A stretch of 64,000 bases of DNA, taken from an uncultured Chitinophagales bacterium (GTDB lineage: Bacteria; Bacteroidota; Bacteroidia; Chitinophagales; UBA8649). Where the stretch lies: positions 14,508 through 78,507 of the forward strand of contig CAZZMB010000004.1 in NCBI GenBank assembly GCA_964655225.1, in the 5' to 3' direction. Made by a program: the position numbers and the translations under genes. Shown here one piece after another: positions 49,439 to 59,098 of the stretch; the first letter of the stretch is position 1, and each line of letters begins with the position of its first letter. The notes under the pieces were generated by a model, which ran no database searches, was not told where the DNA came from, and saw only the letters and a list, made by a program, of their open reading frames with translations.

Positions 49439-52291
49439 ATGAAGAGAAAAACCGACCATAGAATTTCGGAGCCTGCATTTATTGACATAGAAGGCACCAG
49501 AGTACATAATTTAAAAAACCTATCTGTGCGAATTCCGAGAAACCAGATGGTGGTGATTACAGGAATAAGTGGCAGTGGAAAATCTTCTTTGGCTTTTGAT
49601 ACCATATATGCTGAAGGTCAGCGCAGGTACTTAGATACTTTTTCTAATTATGCTCGCCAGTTTATGGGTAATATGGAAAGGCCGGACGTGGATAGCATTA
49701 CAGGACTCAGTCCGGTGATTTCAATCGAACAAAAAACCGTAAGTAAGAATCCAAGAAGTACAGTTGGAACGATAACAGAAGTATATGATTTCTTCCGGTT
49801 ACTTTATGCTAGAGCTTCAGATGCCTATTCCTATGTCTCAGGAAAAAAAATGGAGCAGTTTACTGAAAGCCAGGTGATTGAAACAATTCGAGAGACTTTC
49901 AAAAATAAAAATATTGTGGTTCTTGCTCCTCAGGTAAAAGGGCGTAAAGGGCATTATAGAGAGCTGTTTGACTCCCTTTTTAAAAGAGGGTTTTTAAAAG
50001 TGCGTGTCGATGGTGAGATTTTAGACATTGTTCCTAAAATGCAAGTGGATCGATATAAAGTTCACGATATAGAGGCTGTAGTGGATCGCTTAAATGTGAA
50101 AGAGGAAAATGACCATCGTTTACTTACATCCATTGACAAGGCAATGAAATTGGGAGATGGTCTATTATTCATACTAAATATTGAAGAAAATAAGACTTAC
50201 CCCTTTAGTAAAAATTTAATGGACAGGGAAAGCGGAATCTCTTATGATGCGCCTTCTCCAAATTCATTTTCGTACAACTCGCCCTATGGAATGTGTCCTT
50301 CTTGCAAAGGGCTAGGATATAAGATGCAAGTTAATGAGGACGCCATGTTACCCGATAAAAAACTGAGCATCAATAAAGGAGGGATTGCACCCTTGGGAAT
50401 ACGTCGAGACGGATACTTGTTTAAAGAGTTAAAAAGGCTCTCCAAAAAATTTAATTTTAATTTGGCTGAACCTGTGGGTGAGATGGATAGAGATACCTTA
50501 AATCTGCTCTTATACGGAGACCCCAAACAAGAAACACCCTCGGAAGAAGTAAACATTTCGGATGCCGATCGATGGTATACTATCGAAAATGGAGGAGTAG
50601 AGGCAATGCTTATTCGAAGTTATCGCGATACAACTTCAGATAGCATTCGTAAATGGGCCGAGCAATATATGGAACAAGAAACTTGCCCGAGTTGTAATGG
50701 CTATAGATTAAAGAAAGAATCATTATCCTTCAAGATAGATGGTCTGCATATTGGTCAAATTTCAGCCATGAATATTAACAGTCTTTTTCAATGGCTGGAG
50801 GACATCGAAAGACGATTAAGTAACAAGCAAAATGAAATCGCCGTTGAAGTACTTAAAGAAATAAGAGAAAGGATAAGTTTTCTGCTTGATGTAGGTTTAG
50901 ATTACTTGAGTTTAGATCGTCCTGCACGAAGTTTGTCGGGTGGAGAAGCCCAGCGAATTCGGCTTGCTACACAAATAGGCTCCCAATTAAGTGGTGTAAC
51001 CTATATTTTGGATGAGCCCAGCATTGGATTACATCAGCGGGATAATGTAAAATTAATCGCTTCATTAAAGAAATTGGCGGAAAGTGATAACACCGTAATT
51101 GTTGTTGAACATGATAAAGATATCATGTTAGCATGTGATTACTTAGTAGATATCGGCCCTGCAGCAGGAGAGTATGGTGGTGAAATCGTAGCTGAGGGTA
51201 TCCCAGATAGTTTTAAAAATGTGAAAACCATCACTGCTGATTATTTATTTGGTAAAAAAGAGATTGCCGTCCCTAAAATTCGAAGAAAGGGAAGTGGAAA
51301 AAAAATTGTCCTTAGCGGTATGACGGGCAATAATTTGAAAAATGTAACTCTAGCGTTTGATTTAGAAAAATTAATTTGTGTTACAGGAGTATCTGGAAGT
51401 GGTAAGTCTACCATCGTGAATGAAACCTTATATCCCATACTGCACAAATATATTTACAAAGCAAGAACAAAACCATTGCCTTACAAAACTATAACGGGCT
51501 TAAAACATATTGACAAGGTCATAGAAATCGATCAATCACCTATCGGAAGAACTCCCCGTTCGAATCCTGCCACCTACATTAAAGTTTTTGATGAAATAAG
51601 GAAATTATTTGCGGTAACTCCTGAAGCAAAAATCCGAGGATTTGCACCAGGAAGGTTTTCTTTCAATGTCAAAGGGGGAAGATGCGAAGAATGCGGAGGT
51701 GGAGGTGTTAAGGTTATAGAAATGAACTTTCTTCCTAACGTAGAAGTCGAATGTCCAATTTGTATGGGCAAGCGATATAATCGAGAAACTTTAGAAATTA
51801 GATTCAAAGGAAAATCTATTTATGATGTTTTGGAGATGACCGTTGACGATGCTTGCGAATTTTTTGAATCTCAACCTAGAATCTACCGAAAAGTAAAAAC
51901 TTTAAAGGATGTTGGACTAGGGTATTTGAGGCTAGGGCAAAGCTCTACAACCATTTCCGGTGGAGAAGCTCAGCGAGTTAAACTTTCTGCAGAATTAAGT
52001 AAAAAAGATACCGGGCAAACCTTCTATATTTTAGATGAGCCAACCACAGGACTTCACTTCGAAGATATTAACGTCCTACTCGGCGTGCTTAACAAGCTAG
52101 TAGATAAGGGCAATACCGTTTTGGTTATTGAACATAACATGGATGTAGTTAAAGTAGCAGACCATGTTATCGACATAGGACCTGAAGGGGGAGATAAAGG
52201 GGGCGAAATCCTTTTTGAAGGAACACCTGAAGAGTTAGCCAAACACCCTTCAAGTTATACGGGGAAGTTTTTAAAATTGGAGCTAGAATAG
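49439..52291 (+). CDS. uvrA: Excinuclease ABC subunit A
   Basis: GISGSGKSSLAFDT and GVSGSGKST Walker A motifs, two LSGGE signatures, and zinc-finger Cys clusters. I prefer the ATG at 49439. Confidence 0.95.
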   Translation: MKRKTDHRISEPAFIDIEGTRVHNLKNLSVRIPRNQMVVITGISGSGKSSLAFDTIYAEGQRRYLDTFSNYARQFMGNMERPDVDSITGLSPVISIEQKTVSKNPRSTVGTITEVYDFFRLLYARASDAYSYVSGKKMEQFTESQVIETIRETFKNKNIVVLAPQVKGRKGHYRELFDSLFKRGFLKVRVDGEILDIVPKMQVDRYKVHDIEAVVDRLNVKEENDHRLLTSIDKAMKLGDGLLFILNIEENKTYPFSKNLMDRESGISYDAPSPNSFSYNSPYGMCPSCKGLGYKMQVNEDAMLPDKKLSINKGGIAPLGIRRDGYLFKELKRLSKKFNFNLAEPVGEMDRDTLNLLLYGDPKQETPSEEVNISDADRWYTIENGGVEAMLIRSYRDTTSDSIRKWAEQYMEQETCPSCNGYRLKKESLSFKIDGLHIGQISAMNINSLFQWLEDIERRLSNKQNEIAVEVLKEIRERISFLLDVGLDYLSLDRPARSLSGGEAQRIRLATQIGSQLSGVTYILDEPSIGLHQRDNVKLIASLKKLAESDNTVIVVEHDKDIMLACDYLVDIGPAAGEYGGEIVAEGIPDSFKNVKTITADYLFGKKEIAVPKIRRKGSGKKIVLSGMTGNNLKNVTLAFDLEKLICVTGVSGSGKSTIVNETLYPILHKYIYKARTKPLPYKTITGLKHIDKVIEIDQSPIGRTPRSNPATYIKVFDEIRKLFAVTPEAKIRGFAPGRFSFNVKGGRCEECGGGGVKVIEMNFLPNVEVECPICMGKRYNRETLEIRFKGKSIYDVLEMTVDDACEFFESQPRIYRKVKTLKDVGLGYLRLGQSSTTISGGEAQRVKLSAELSKKDTGQTFYILDEPTTGLHFEDINVLLGVLNKLVDKGNTVLVIEHNMDVVKVADHVIDIGPEGGDKGGEILFEGTPEELAKHPSSYTGKFLKLELE

Positions 52292-52332
52292 TTTTTTAGC
52301 TAATTCGCTTCACATTTATTCAAATTTTAAAT

Positions 52333-52340
52333 TACATTTG
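52333..52340 (+). promoter_or_regulatory. Candidate -7 promoter box (TACATTTG) for the riboswitch-led transcript
   Basis: Exact TAnnTTTG match ~36 nt upstream of the first conserved aptamer nucleotides. Confidence 0.35.
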
Positions 52341-52375
52341 TAATCTATTGGTAATTTGAATGTAATATTCAAATT

Positions 52376-52512
52376 TAAAAGGGAATCCCGTGTAAATCGG
52401 GAGCAGTCTCCGCTGCTGTAAGTTCCAAAAAGTTTTTAGCACTATGCCACTGTTTAATTAAATGGGAAGGCGTTAAAAATGGGATGAGCCAGAATACCTG
52501 CCACTAGATTAA
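52376..52512 (+). promoter_or_regulatory. Cobalamin (B12) riboswitch aptamer
   Basis: AAAAGGGAATCCCGTGTAAATCGGGAGCAGTCTCCGCTGCTGTAAG ... GCCACTG ... GGGAAGG ... B12 box AGCCAGAATACCTGCC (52486-52502). The expression platform (52513-52619) is not resolved. Confidence 0.9.
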
Positions 52513-52619
52513 TTGGAAAAACTTTCGGAAGAAAAGTGAATTCTACATTTAACCGCGTGGTAATTTCTTACCTATGCGCTTGCTTGTATTTTTCTTTTGA
52601 AAGTTAAAGTAAAAAGAAA

Positions 52620-54503
52620 TTGAAGCACATTCTAAAACACATTTTACATCTACTTGCGCTTGCTAATTGCAGTGCTATACTCGCTCAAGTGGATACGACC
52701 GTTATACTTCCAGAAATGCAGGTGGAGAGGGTTCGCCAAGCAGCTATCGGCTTGGAGAATTACATATGGGACAGTGCGGTTCTGCAATCGAGAGCATACA
52801 GTAGCTTGGGAGATTTTTTATTGCAAGAAAGCAATGTCTATATCAAATCCTATGGAGGAAATAGTTTATCTACGGTAAGTATTCAAGGAGCAAGTGCATC
52901 TCAAACACTTTTGTTGTGGAATGGCCTACCTGTGCAAAGTCCAATGTTGGGGCTGCTTGATTTGTCACTTGTACCAGTAAGTTTTAGTGATGAAATTAGC
53001 TTGCAGGTGGGCGGTAACAGCTCCTCCTGGGGTAGTGGGGCAATTGGTGGAGTAATTGGGATAACTAACCAAGCGAGCTATACCCAAAATTTTGAATTGG
53101 ATTATTTTTCGAGTATTGCCAGTTTTTCCAACTTGCAACAACGACTTAAGATTGCCGCAGGCAACAAAAAGTTTCAAAGTGTAAGTAAATTAAGTTTTCA
53201 AAAAGGTAAAAATGATATACTTGTCAGGCCAGCTCCCAATGTAGATAATTACAGGCAGCGCAACGCGGCATTTTTACAACTCGGGGTATTGCAATCTTTT
53301 TATCTAAAACCAAATAACAAGAATGAACTAATCATCCATGCTTGGGTGCAAGAATCGGATAAAGAAATTCCACCGACATTGACACAACGAAGCAGTGAGG
53401 CCTATCAAACCGACAATTTCAAACGATTTATGGGGCTTTGGAAGTTTACTTTCAAAAAACATTTACTACAAACTAGAATAGGACATTATCGGGAAAGGCA
53501 ATTTTTTAATGACCCCCAAATACAACTAGAGGCACTCAATAAGTTTAATACTACTTTAGGAGAGCTTAATTATACCTACCAAGTTAATAGAAGACATAAA
53601 CTAGAATTTGCTAGTACCACCACAAGAGCCAGTGCATTCAGCCGGTCTTATCAAGGGGAGGTAACGCAACTTAAAATAGCAGGCTTGATTTCTTACAAAT
53701 ATAGTCGCCCTAAAACTCAAGTGCAATTGAGTCTTCGTGAAGAGTGGATTGATAAGCGATTTTTACTTCCTGTCCCATATTTTGGAGTTAAACAAGCACT
53801 TGGAAATCGATTAATTCTGAAGCTTAAGATTTCACGCGAGTTCAGATTACCCACCTTAAATGACCTCTATTGGAATCCTGGCGGTAATATTGAGCTTAAA
53901 CCCGAACGGGGATGGAGCCAAGAGATTGGACTTGCTGGAGAGTGGAGTCGCAAACGACACAGCATTGCAATAAGTAGTTCTATTTTTAATCGGAATATAG
54001 AGGATTGGATTTTATGGGCGCCCAGTGATATTGGTTTCTTTTGGAGTGCTAGTAATATTGCAAAGGTATGGTCCTACGGCTCGACAACTAAGCTGGATTA
54101 TAAATATCATAAGCATAAATTTAGCTTTCAAGCAGGACTTGGATTTGACTATACGAAATCCAGCTACCGTATAGATTTGGATTTACCCAAATTATCAAAA
54201 GGTGATCAATTGTTTTATACACCAATTTATCAGTCAACTGCAAATATTTCTTTACAAATTAGTCATTGGGCAATTCAATATCAGCACCAAGTAGTAGGAG
54301 AAACCATCGGAGCTAATGACGCGATACCACGTTATCATGTGGGCAATGTTCATTTTACTTACCATTTCAATCAATCCAATTTTTCAGGCAAAATTTTTAC
54401 TTCAATTCAAAATATTTATAACCAAAACTATATCGTAGTTGAGCGGCGGCCAATGCCTGGAATTAATGCTCAATTCGGTATTAACATTAATCTAAAAAAA
54501 TAA
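52620..54503 (+). CDS. TonB-dependent outer-membrane receptor (BtuB-like)
   Basis: 627 aa with a signal peptide, a plug domain (YIKSYGGNSLSTVSIQGAS...LWNGLPV) and a beta-barrel ending in an aromatic-rich strand. It lies immediately downstream of the cobalamin riboswitch. TTG start. Confidence 0.85.
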   Translation: MKHILKHILHLLALANCSAILAQVDTTVILPEMQVERVRQAAIGLENYIWDSAVLQSRAYSSLGDFLLQESNVYIKSYGGNSLSTVSIQGASASQTLLLWNGLPVQSPMLGLLDLSLVPVSFSDEISLQVGGNSSSWGSGAIGGVIGITNQASYTQNFELDYFSSIASFSNLQQRLKIAAGNKKFQSVSKLSFQKGKNDILVRPAPNVDNYRQRNAAFLQLGVLQSFYLKPNNKNELIIHAWVQESDKEIPPTLTQRSSEAYQTDNFKRFMGLWKFTFKKHLLQTRIGHYRERQFFNDPQIQLEALNKFNTTLGELNYTYQVNRRHKLEFASTTTRASAFSRSYQGEVTQLKIAGLISYKYSRPKTQVQLSLREEWIDKRFLLPVPYFGVKQALGNRLILKLKISREFRLPTLNDLYWNPGGNIELKPERGWSQEIGLAGEWSRKRHSIAISSSIFNRNIEDWILWAPSDIGFFWSASNIAKVWSYGSTTKLDYKYHKHKFSFQAGLGFDYTKSSYRIDLDLPKLSKGDQLFYTPIYQSTANISLQISHWAIQYQHQVVGETIGANDAIPRYHVGNVHFTYHFNQSNFSGKIFTSIQNIYNQNYIVVERRPMPGINAQFGININLKK

Positions 54504-54507
54504 AATT

Positions 54508-55494
54508 ATGAAAAAAATTACTTTAGTTCTTTGTTTAGCTGTTACCAGCTTTTTATTTGCTCAAACTACTTCCACTTTTGAGGGGTTTAATCTTGGAGTC
54601 GACTCTTCCCTGAACGGGAGCGACCAGCAGGGAGGTTTTCCAGATGGAAATTTATTTTTCCCAAATACCTATATTGATGACCCACAATTTCCTTCTTGGT
54701 CGGGATTTGGTGTGTCTTCTAGAACGGATAATACGACTCCTGGATACTTAAATGACTTGAGCTGCATAGCTGCTGAGGGTGCTGAAGGTTCAATGACTTA
54801 TGGTGTAGCCTATATGAATTACTCAACAGGCGGTGCTGTTATGAGCCTCACGGGTCCTGCTAGTGGTGGAGCTATGGAGGGGATGTATATAAACAATAGT
54901 ACTTATGCCTATTTGAGTATGCGTGATGGAGATGCAATTGCGAAGAATTTTGGAGGTGTCTCTGGGAATGACCCCGATTACTTTTTATTGAATATAGAAA
55001 AGTACGAAAACGGAATGCTTGGTACGGAAAAGATAGAATTTTATTTAGCGGATTTCCGTTCCACAAATAATTCAGATGATTATATTCTTGATGAATGGAC
55101 TTATGTTGATTTGAGTAGTTTGGGAAATGCTGACAGCTTACTTTTTTCTATGGAGTCTTCAGATGTAGGACAGTTTGGTATGAATACCCCGGCATATTTT
55201 TGCCTGGATAACATAAGGACTAAAGATAGCCCTGTCACAGGCATTAGTGCTAATTCAGTTGATTTGAAAATATCAGTTTTCCCTAACCCTGCAGTAGATT
55301 TTATACATGTTCAGAATAAGGAGGAATTTGAAGGGACAATTGCCCTAATTGAATCTACTGGTAAAACAATCGGGCGGTATAATTTATCGCAAGATGAGCG
55401 TATAGATGTGTCGAACCTTTCTTCCGGATTATATCTCCTGAATATTGAGTTATCTGACGGAAAAAATCAGACATATTCGATCATTAAAGAATAG
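54508..55494 (+). CDS. Secreted DUF4465-like protein with a T9SS type A C-terminal sorting domain
   Basis: SPase I signal peptide (FLFA-QTT) with no lipobox Cys. The ~230-aa domain (WSGFGVSS..., YINNSTYAYLSMRDGD, FYLADFRS, PAYFCLDNI) resembles DUF4465. The CTD is VFPNPAVDFIHV...GLYLLNIEL...YSIIKE. Confidence 0.7.
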   Translation: MKKITLVLCLAVTSFLFAQTTSTFEGFNLGVDSSLNGSDQQGGFPDGNLFFPNTYIDDPQFPSWSGFGVSSRTDNTTPGYLNDLSCIAAEGAEGSMTYGVAYMNYSTGGAVMSLTGPASGGAMEGMYINNSTYAYLSMRDGDAIAKNFGGVSGNDPDYFLLNIEKYENGMLGTEKIEFYLADFRSTNNSDDYILDEWTYVDLSSLGNADSLLFSMESSDVGQFGMNTPAYFCLDNIRTKDSPVTGISANSVDLKISVFPNPAVDFIHVQNKEEFEGTIALIESTGKTIGRYNLSQDERIDVSNLSSGLYLLNIELSDGKNQTYSIIKE

Positions 55495-55517
55495 CTGCAT
55501 TTATTTTAATAAATTTT

Positions 55518-55550
55518 AAAGCCTTACTTCGACTGCAAGTAAGGCTTTTG
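55518..55550 (+). terminator. Hairpin terminator after the riboswitch-controlled operon
   Basis: 12-bp stem AAAGCCTTACTT/AAGTAAGGCTTT with a 7-nt loop. The trailing T-run is short. Confidence 0.6.
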
Positions 55551-55598
55551 ATGCTTAACTAGCTACTTTTTAGTATATTCGCAGGCTAAAATCTATTC

Positions 55599-56084
55599 AT
55601 GGAATTAAAAGAAATATTGGCAATTAGTAAACTGCCTGGATTGTATCAAATGATCACTAGTCGAGATAATGGAATAATAGTTACTCCATTAGGCGAGCAA
55701 AAAAGGAAATTTGTGGCTTCCAGACAACATATGTTCACGCCCTTGGAAAACATCACCGTATATACGAACACAGGAAGTATGGAGTTGGCAGAAATATTCA
55801 AAGCTATGAAGGCCAATGACAAGTGCCCCGAAGCAAAAGCTGCGGATAAAGATATAAGAGCTTATTTTGTGGCTATTGCGCCAGAACACGACCAGCAAAG
55901 AGTCTACACCAATGATATTCGTAAAATGATTAAATGGTTTAAATCTTTGGATGAAGTAGGGATGTTTAAGGAGGAAAAGAAAGAAGAAGAAAGTGTAAAA
56001 AAGGACAAACCAAAGAAAGAGAAAGTAGCTAAGCCAAAGAAAGCGAAAGCAACAAAAAAAGAGAGTAAACCAAAGAAAAAATAA
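55599..56084 (+). CDS. DUF5606 family protein with a Lys-rich histone H1-like tail
   Basis: N-terminus MELKEILAISKLPGLYQMI... resembles DUF5606. The C-terminal 45 aa are KKEEESVKKDKPKKEKVAKPKKAKATKKESKPKKK. Confidence 0.6.
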   Translation: MELKEILAISKLPGLYQMITSRDNGIIVTPLGEQKRKFVASRQHMFTPLENITVYTNTGSMELAEIFKAMKANDKCPEAKAADKDIRAYFVAIAPEHDQQRVYTNDIRKMIKWFKSLDEVGMFKEEKKEEESVKKDKPKKEKVAKPKKAKATKKESKPKKK

Positions 56085-57802
56085 TGGATTCATCTACAAC
56101 TTTAATCACTCAAAGTGAGCGTTCATTTATGCCATCTTCTTTTCAAGTAGAAGAATGGGATGAGATTGTTTCATTTTATATTGAGCTTAATGATAGGCCA
56201 ATTGAGACACAAGAACAGTTTGAGCAATGGTTAAAGGATTGGGATGAGTTATATGCAGTGGTGAGTGAGGATATGCGCCTGAAGTATATCAAAACATCTA
56301 TTGATACCACCGACGAAACAGCCAAAAAGGAATTGGAAAGCTATTACATTAACATATCTCCAAAAATCAAACCTTGGGAAAATAAGTTGCAAAAAAGATT
56401 TGAAGCCAACCCGTTTAAAGAGAGTTTATCCGAAGATTTTAAAAATTTAAAAAGAGGCATTGAGAAAGATTTAGCGCTGTTCACGGAAAAGAATATTGAG
56501 CTAAGCAGAGATTTAAGTTTAATGGAAAATAAGTACGCTGAAATAACTGGCGCTTGGTCTATTAACTATGAGGGTAAAGATTTAACGATGCCCCAAGCTT
56601 CTATCTATTTTAAAAAAGTCGATAGACAAGTAAGAAAGGATGTATACTTCTTAGCAAGAGAAAGAGAGAATAAAGACGCAGAAGCACTAGATGACCTTAT
56701 GGACCAATTGGTTTCAAAAAGACATCAGTTAGCGCTGAATGCAGGCTATGAAAATTATCGGGATTATATGTTTGATGAAAAACATCGATTTGATTATTCG
56801 CCGGAAGATTGTCAATCATTTCATCAATCTGTTGCCACCGCTATTATCCCTTTGTTAAGAAAGATTGACGAGCAAAGAAAGGCGAGTATAGGACTAGATG
56901 TACTAAGACCGTGGGATATGGTAGTAGATCCATTACAGCAAGCACCATTGAAGCCGTTCAATACTACGGAAGATTTCGTTAATAAGACGGTCCACTGTTT
57001 CAATAAATTGGATCCATATTTCGGAGCTTGTATTGCTGATATGTACGCAAAGGGGAATTTAGATTTGGAGTCCCGAAAAGGGAAAGCACCTGGCGGATAT
57101 ATGATGGCAATGCCTGAATCGGGCGTACCTTTTATATTTATGAATCATGCATCTTCGGAAGGAGATGTTCGAGTAATGGTGCATGAAGGTGGCCATGCTA
57201 TTCATAGTTTTTTGGATTACAGCATTCCATTTGCTAATATGCGAAATACGCCAAGTGAGGTTGCAGAATTGGCCTCTATGAGTATGGAGCTCTTTTCTTT
57301 GGAGAATTGGGAAAGTTATTATCCGGAGGAGGGAGATTTGAAAAGAGCTAAAAGAAACCACTTAGAGGGCTTATTGAAAATTTTGCCAGGAGTAGCTAAA
57401 GGAGATGCTTTTCAACATTGGATGTATACTAACCCTAAGCATACACGAACAGAGCGACGAGCCAAATGGATGGAATTGAACAAGATCTTCGGGGCTGGGA
57501 TAACAGATAATACAGGTTTAGAGAAGTTTCAAGAAGTCGGTTATCAAGGGATTCTCCATTTCTATCAAGTGCCATTTTATTACATTGAGTATGGGTTTGC
57601 ACAATTAGGCGCAATAGCTATGTGGAGGAATTTTAAATCAAATAATCAAAAGGCTATTCAAGCTTACAAGAATGCTTTAAGTTTAGGTTATACGCGAAGT
57701 ATTCCAGAAATATATCAAACGGCAGATATTCAGTTTGATTTTTCTGCAGAATATGTGAGTGACCTAGCTAATTTTGTTCAAAGGGAGCTGGATAAGCTTT
57801 AA
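56084..57802 (+). CDS. M3 family oligoendopeptidase (PepF-like)
   Basis: HEGGHAIH zinc motif plus the downstream EVAELASM Glu. 572 aa, no signal peptide. Confidence 0.85.
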   Translation: MDSSTTLITQSERSFMPSSFQVEEWDEIVSFYIELNDRPIETQEQFEQWLKDWDELYAVVSEDMRLKYIKTSIDTTDETAKKELESYYINISPKIKPWENKLQKRFEANPFKESLSEDFKNLKRGIEKDLALFTEKNIELSRDLSLMENKYAEITGAWSINYEGKDLTMPQASIYFKKVDRQVRKDVYFLARERENKDAEALDDLMDQLVSKRHQLALNAGYENYRDYMFDEKHRFDYSPEDCQSFHQSVATAIIPLLRKIDEQRKASIGLDVLRPWDMVVDPLQQAPLKPFNTTEDFVNKTVHCFNKLDPYFGACIADMYAKGNLDLESRKGKAPGGYMMAMPESGVPFIFMNHASSEGDVRVMVHEGGHAIHSFLDYSIPFANMRNTPSEVAELASMSMELFSLENWESYYPEEGDLKRAKRNHLEGLLKILPGVAKGDAFQHWMYTNPKHTRTERRAKWMELNKIFGAGITDNTGLEKFQEVGYQGILHFYQVPFYYIEYGFAQLGAIAMWRNFKSNNQKAIQAYKNALSLGYTRSIPEIYQTADIQFDFSAEYVSDLANFVQRELDKL

Positions 57803-57939
57803 AAAATGTCTGTTTGTCCGGGTATATTTCTAGAGTTTACTCAACACTATTAACTAATCTAAGTGATACAGGCATTGTTGTCCTTGAGCTTACTTTGAAA
57901 TAAAAAAAAAGTTATAATTTTATACAAATTCTGGTACTT

Positions 57940-58440
57940 ATGAAAAAAAGCAACAAACAGCCCACTTATTTTTTAGTGTTTGCACTCTTATTTACGGTTC
58001 TAATTGCATGTAATAAAGATGAAGAAGATAAACCAGTCGGAACTGAAGCAATAAACTTTATTCAACCCGATAGTACTACTATTATAGCTGCTGCTGGTGA
58101 ACTTGTTGATTTTAGTCTATACTTGGCTATAGATGCACCTATAGATTCTATAAGAGGAGCCTACTTTATTGATACCGCAATGAATATTAATAATTTGACT
58201 TACAACGACATGCAAACTGAGTTTTTTGTTCAAGTTTTTACGGATAGTTTAAATGTCCAAACGGTTTCAGGAACGCTTCAAATGCCTTTGGGAAGAAACG
58301 CTTCTGTGCCATTTCAACCTTATTTTAGCGGCAGCACGACCCCTTTTATTGCGCAGAAGTATGATGCTGTTCGAGTTGTTTTTAGATTAGACAGTGATAA
58401 TTTAAGTTATGAGAAACAACTTAAAATTATTGTAAATTAA
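57940..58440 (+). CDS. Hypothetical lipoprotein
   Basis: Lipobox VLIAC. 166 aa with no recognisable motifs. Confidence 0.5.
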   Translation: MKKSNKQPTYFLVFALLFTVLIACNKDEEDKPVGTEAINFIQPDSTTIIAAAGELVDFSLYLAIDAPIDSIRGAYFIDTAMNINNLTYNDMQTEFFVQVFTDSLNVQTVSGTLQMPLGRNASVPFQPYFSGSTTPFIAQKYDAVRVVFRLDSDNLSYEKQLKIIVN

Positions 58441-58444
58441 GAAA

Positions 58445-59089
58445 GTGTCAGAGATAAATAAAAACTTACACCAAGAAAGAAAGAGCTACGACCAGTCCAC
58501 ATTAAGGATTCATATGGTCGATAATGATCCCATTAAGCAGTTTGATAAATGGTATTGCGAAGCGGAAAGTTTTGGTGACTTTGAGGCAAATGCTATGGTT
58601 ATTTCTACTGTAAGTATAGATGGTAGGCCCAGTAGTCGGGTAGTTTTACTTAAAGAATATTCTAACGAAGGGTTAATATTTTTTTCAAATTACGACAGCC
58701 GTAAGGGCCGTGAAATAGCTGCAAACAATGCGGTAAGTGTCCTGTTTTTCTATGAACAAATGCAAAGGCAAATTCGGATAGACGGGCGGGTAGAAAAAAT
58801 TTCAGAAAAGGCAAGTGAGGATTATTTTAAAACAAGACCAATTGAGAGTCAGTATGGTGCAATGGTTTCCCAACAAAGTCACCCGCTGGCAAGTAAGGAC
58901 GAGTTAGAAAAAGAATTCCAATCCATTCTTAGTAGCAATAAAAAACCCCAACGTCCGAAACATTGGGGCGGTTATATACTGAAACCTAGCTATTTTGAGT
59001 TTTGGCAAGGACGACCAAATCGTTTACATGATAGAATATATTATTCCTACGAAAAAAAATCTTGGAATAAGGGTATTCTTTCACCCTAA
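58445..59089 (+). CDS. pdxH: Pyridoxamine 5'-phosphate oxidase
   Basis: PSSRVVLLK, IRIDGRVEK, and WGGY...EFWQGRPNRLHDR motifs. GTG start. Confidence 0.9.
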   Translation: MSEINKNLHQERKSYDQSTLRIHMVDNDPIKQFDKWYCEAESFGDFEANAMVISTVSIDGRPSSRVVLLKEYSNEGLIFFSNYDSRKGREIAANNAVSVLFFYEQMQRQIRIDGRVEKISEKASEDYFKTRPIESQYGAMVSQQSHPLASKDELEKEFQSILSSNKKPQRPKHWGGYILKPSYFEFWQGRPNRLHDRIYYSYEKKSWNKGILSP

Positions 59090-59098
59090 GATAACTGG

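Noticed and set aside
43524-52291. UvrD-family helicase and UvrA within 9 kb as a possible defence or repair island.
   Set aside because: Both carry complete canonical housekeeping motifs. They are separated by unrelated genes on different strands, and no nuclease, methylase or toxin genes accompany them.
55689-56093. 134-aa antisense ORF opposite DUF5606.
   Set aside because: It is a product of the reverse complement of Lys/Glu codon runs (Phe/Leu-rich low complexity). The sense strand has a recognisable conserved N-terminal domain.
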